DNA of 64,000 bases from the NCBI GenBank assembly GCA_977020255.1, contig CDROCS010002834.1, positions 372,001 to 436,000 on the forward strand, given 5' to 3'. Position 1 is the stretch's first letter; each line of letters opens with the position of its first letter. The position numbers and the translations under genes were made by a program. Origin of the DNA: Obrimoposthia wandeli. Its lineage: Eukaryota. The notes beneath the pieces were generated by a model. That model saw nothing but the letters and a program-made list of their open reading frames with translations. It made no database searches and was not told where the DNA came from. Shown piece after piece: positions 62,567 through 64,000 of this stretch.

Positions 62567-63529
62567 ATGAAAGATCACTACGATAAAAAAGCTTATAACC
62601 CTGAATTCAAATGGGGGTTTATACACCCCAAATATTGGGGAACTTGGCTAGCAGTGCTAATCGCACTGCCTTTTGCGTTACTGCCAAACAATGTTCGCCG
62701 AGTATTCGCAACGTTTTGTACTGACATACTGTTGAAATCCAAAAGTGGTGCCAACAAGCGTGCCCGTATTAACTTAACGCTTTGTTTTCCAGAAAAGACC
62801 GATGACGAACGTGAAGTCATCCTTCGTAATATGTATATCACCGCAGCAACGTTTTTGATGGGGTTCGCCTCCGTATCACTGCGCAGTAAACAATGGCTAG
62901 CGGAAAACAGCGAAATCAAAAACGAGCATTACCTTACGTCTTTGACTGAGGCTGGAGAGAATGTCATCTTGCTCGTGCCTCATACTTGGGCAATCGACAT
63001 CCCTGCAATTTTACTCGCATCGCGCGGTCTACCAGTATCGGCAATGGCAAAGAGGCAAAAGAATGAAGTTCTTGATTGGCTCATGCACGTTCAGCGTGTT
63101 CAGTATGGTGGTCGAGTCTACGAGCGTGAGGGCGGAATAAAGCCCTTTATTAAATCAATTCGAGATGGTTACTTAGGCTATTATCTGCCAGATGAAGATC
63201 TTGGACCAGACCACAGTGTGTTCGTTGATTTTTTTGCGACCACCAAAGCCACAATGGCAGGTTTAGGCAAGCTTTCAAAAGTAAGCAGAGCGAAAATCGT
63301 TCCTCTTTTTGCCATGTATAATGCTGAAACAGGAAAATTTGAGATTGAAGTCTTACCCGCATTAGAGCCATTTCCTAATGCAGATGAAGCTCTTGATGCT
63401 CGTGCTATGAATATTGCTATCGAGACCTTTGTCAATCCACGCCCAGAGCAATATATGTGGATATTGAAGCTACTGAAAACTCGCCCTAAGGGTGAAATAG
63501 AACCATATTTGAGAAATATTAATGAATAG
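62567..63529 (+). CDS. lpxM: Lipid A myristoyltransferase LpxM (MsbB)
   Basis: HPKYWG, VPHTWAID, GIKPFI, YLPDED, EQYMWILKLLKTRP, matching the E. coli MsbB layout. Confidence 0.93.
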   Translation: MKDHYDKKAYNPEFKWGFIHPKYWGTWLAVLIALPFALLPNNVRRVFATFCTDILLKSKSGANKRARINLTLCFPEKTDDEREVILRNMYITAATFLMGFASVSLRSKQWLAENSEIKNEHYLTSLTEAGENVILLVPHTWAIDIPAILLASRGLPVSAMAKRQKNEVLDWLMHVQRVQYGGRVYEREGGIKPFIKSIRDGYLGYYLPDEDLGPDHSVFVDFFATTKATMAGLGKLSKVSRAKIVPLFAMYNAETGKFEIEVLPALEPFPNADEALDARAMNIAIETFVNPRPEQYMWILKLLKTRPKGEIEPYLRNINE

Positions 63530-64000
63530 AGCACATGTAGTAAAATGGTTAATTTATTTACCCTTTATTTGGCTTTTTACCGGAATGTTCTGGTCTGGGA
63601 ACGGTGATAAAGTGCTAGCAACGCTTATCATCATATCCTCTTTAACCTCCATTATTTATTTTAAAGGAGCGACAGTAAAAGAGAATTGGCACAACAGTAA
63701 ATGGCTTTGGTTATTAGCTACGGCATCTCTTTATGCACTGTTCTCTTACTATTATCATGATTTTAGTGGTCGAGAGATGAGAGCTACGATAGGGGCATTT
63801 TTACTGCTACTCACATTCCCAAAACTGTTTACCCTAAAAGATAAGTATATTGTCTATTTACTTGCTATCGCAGGTACTGTTGGGGTAGCTTTCACCAGTT
63901 ATTACGGTATATATGAAAAAATTGAACGATACAATTGGCCTATCAACGCACTTCCTTACGCCACCATATGCAGCGTAGTCGCAATAGTTTCATTATCATT
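63522..64000 (+). CDS. O-antigen ligase-like membrane protein, runs off the window
   Basis: Not in the ORF track. MNRAHVVKWLIYLPFIWLFTGMFWSGNGDK...WPINALPYAT is open to base 64000, has several TM helices and overlaps the lpxM stop by 8 nt; resembles Vibrio WaaL. Confidence 0.75.
   Translation, partial: MNRAHVVKWLIYLPFIWLFTGMFWSGNGDKVLATLIIISSLTSIIYFKGATVKENWHNSKWLWLLATASLYALFSYYYHDFSGREMRATIGAFLLLLTFPKLFTLKDKYIVYLLAIAGTVGVAFTSYYGIYEKIERYNWPINALPYATICSVVAIVSLS

Noticed and set aside
63545-63607. Apparent frameshift in the waaL-like gene at the T5 run (63574-78)
   Set aside because: An in-frame ATG at 63522 gives an uninterrupted ORF; ATG 63545 is simply out of frame.

Overview
Core-chromosome housekeeping region of a Vibrionaceae bacterium. 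Photobacterium is the likely genus; this is inferred from aphA, the argH(A) fusion, the oxyR/Prx-Grx locus and DUF3135-CHMI-tpiA, together with an enterobacteria-like zapB-glpFK-glpX-fpr order. Gene order: dam(partial)-damX-aroB-aroK-pilQPONM / mrcA / oxyR / prx-grx, flavin disulfide reductase, DUF3624 / argH(A)-argG-argB-argC / ppc, aphA / metF-metL-metB / metJ / maeB, rpmE / priA-cytR-ftsN-hslVU-menA-rraA / zapB / glpFK-glpX, SufR-like regulator-fpr, DUF3135 / CHMI / tpiA / pfkA, cpxP / cpxRA-trmL / cysE-gpsA-secB-rhodanese / gpmM-envC-yibQ / TetR / hldD-lpxM-waaL(partial). I found no tRNA, rRNA, transposase, integrase, prophage or CRISPR array. OxyR, ArgR, MetJ, MetR, CRP, sigma32 and CpxR sites are readable directly. 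The best candidate for an undescribed system is a 15-codon upstream ORF ending in CGA-CGA-CGC-stop (Arg-Arg-Arg), embedded in mutually exclusive hairpins in the ~250-nt argC leader, which suggests an arginine-sensing leader-peptide attenuator on top of ArgR repression. Other leads: argE is missing from its usual place and a 90-bp inverted-repeat element sits there; an orphan multi-hairpin transcript end (probable sRNA) lies between zapB and glpF; a SufR-type Fe-S sensor precedes fpr; and an OxyR-linked flavoprotein reductase has a C-terminal Cys tail. All motif and homology calls come from reading the sequence and recalled family knowledge; no database searches or folding calculations were run.
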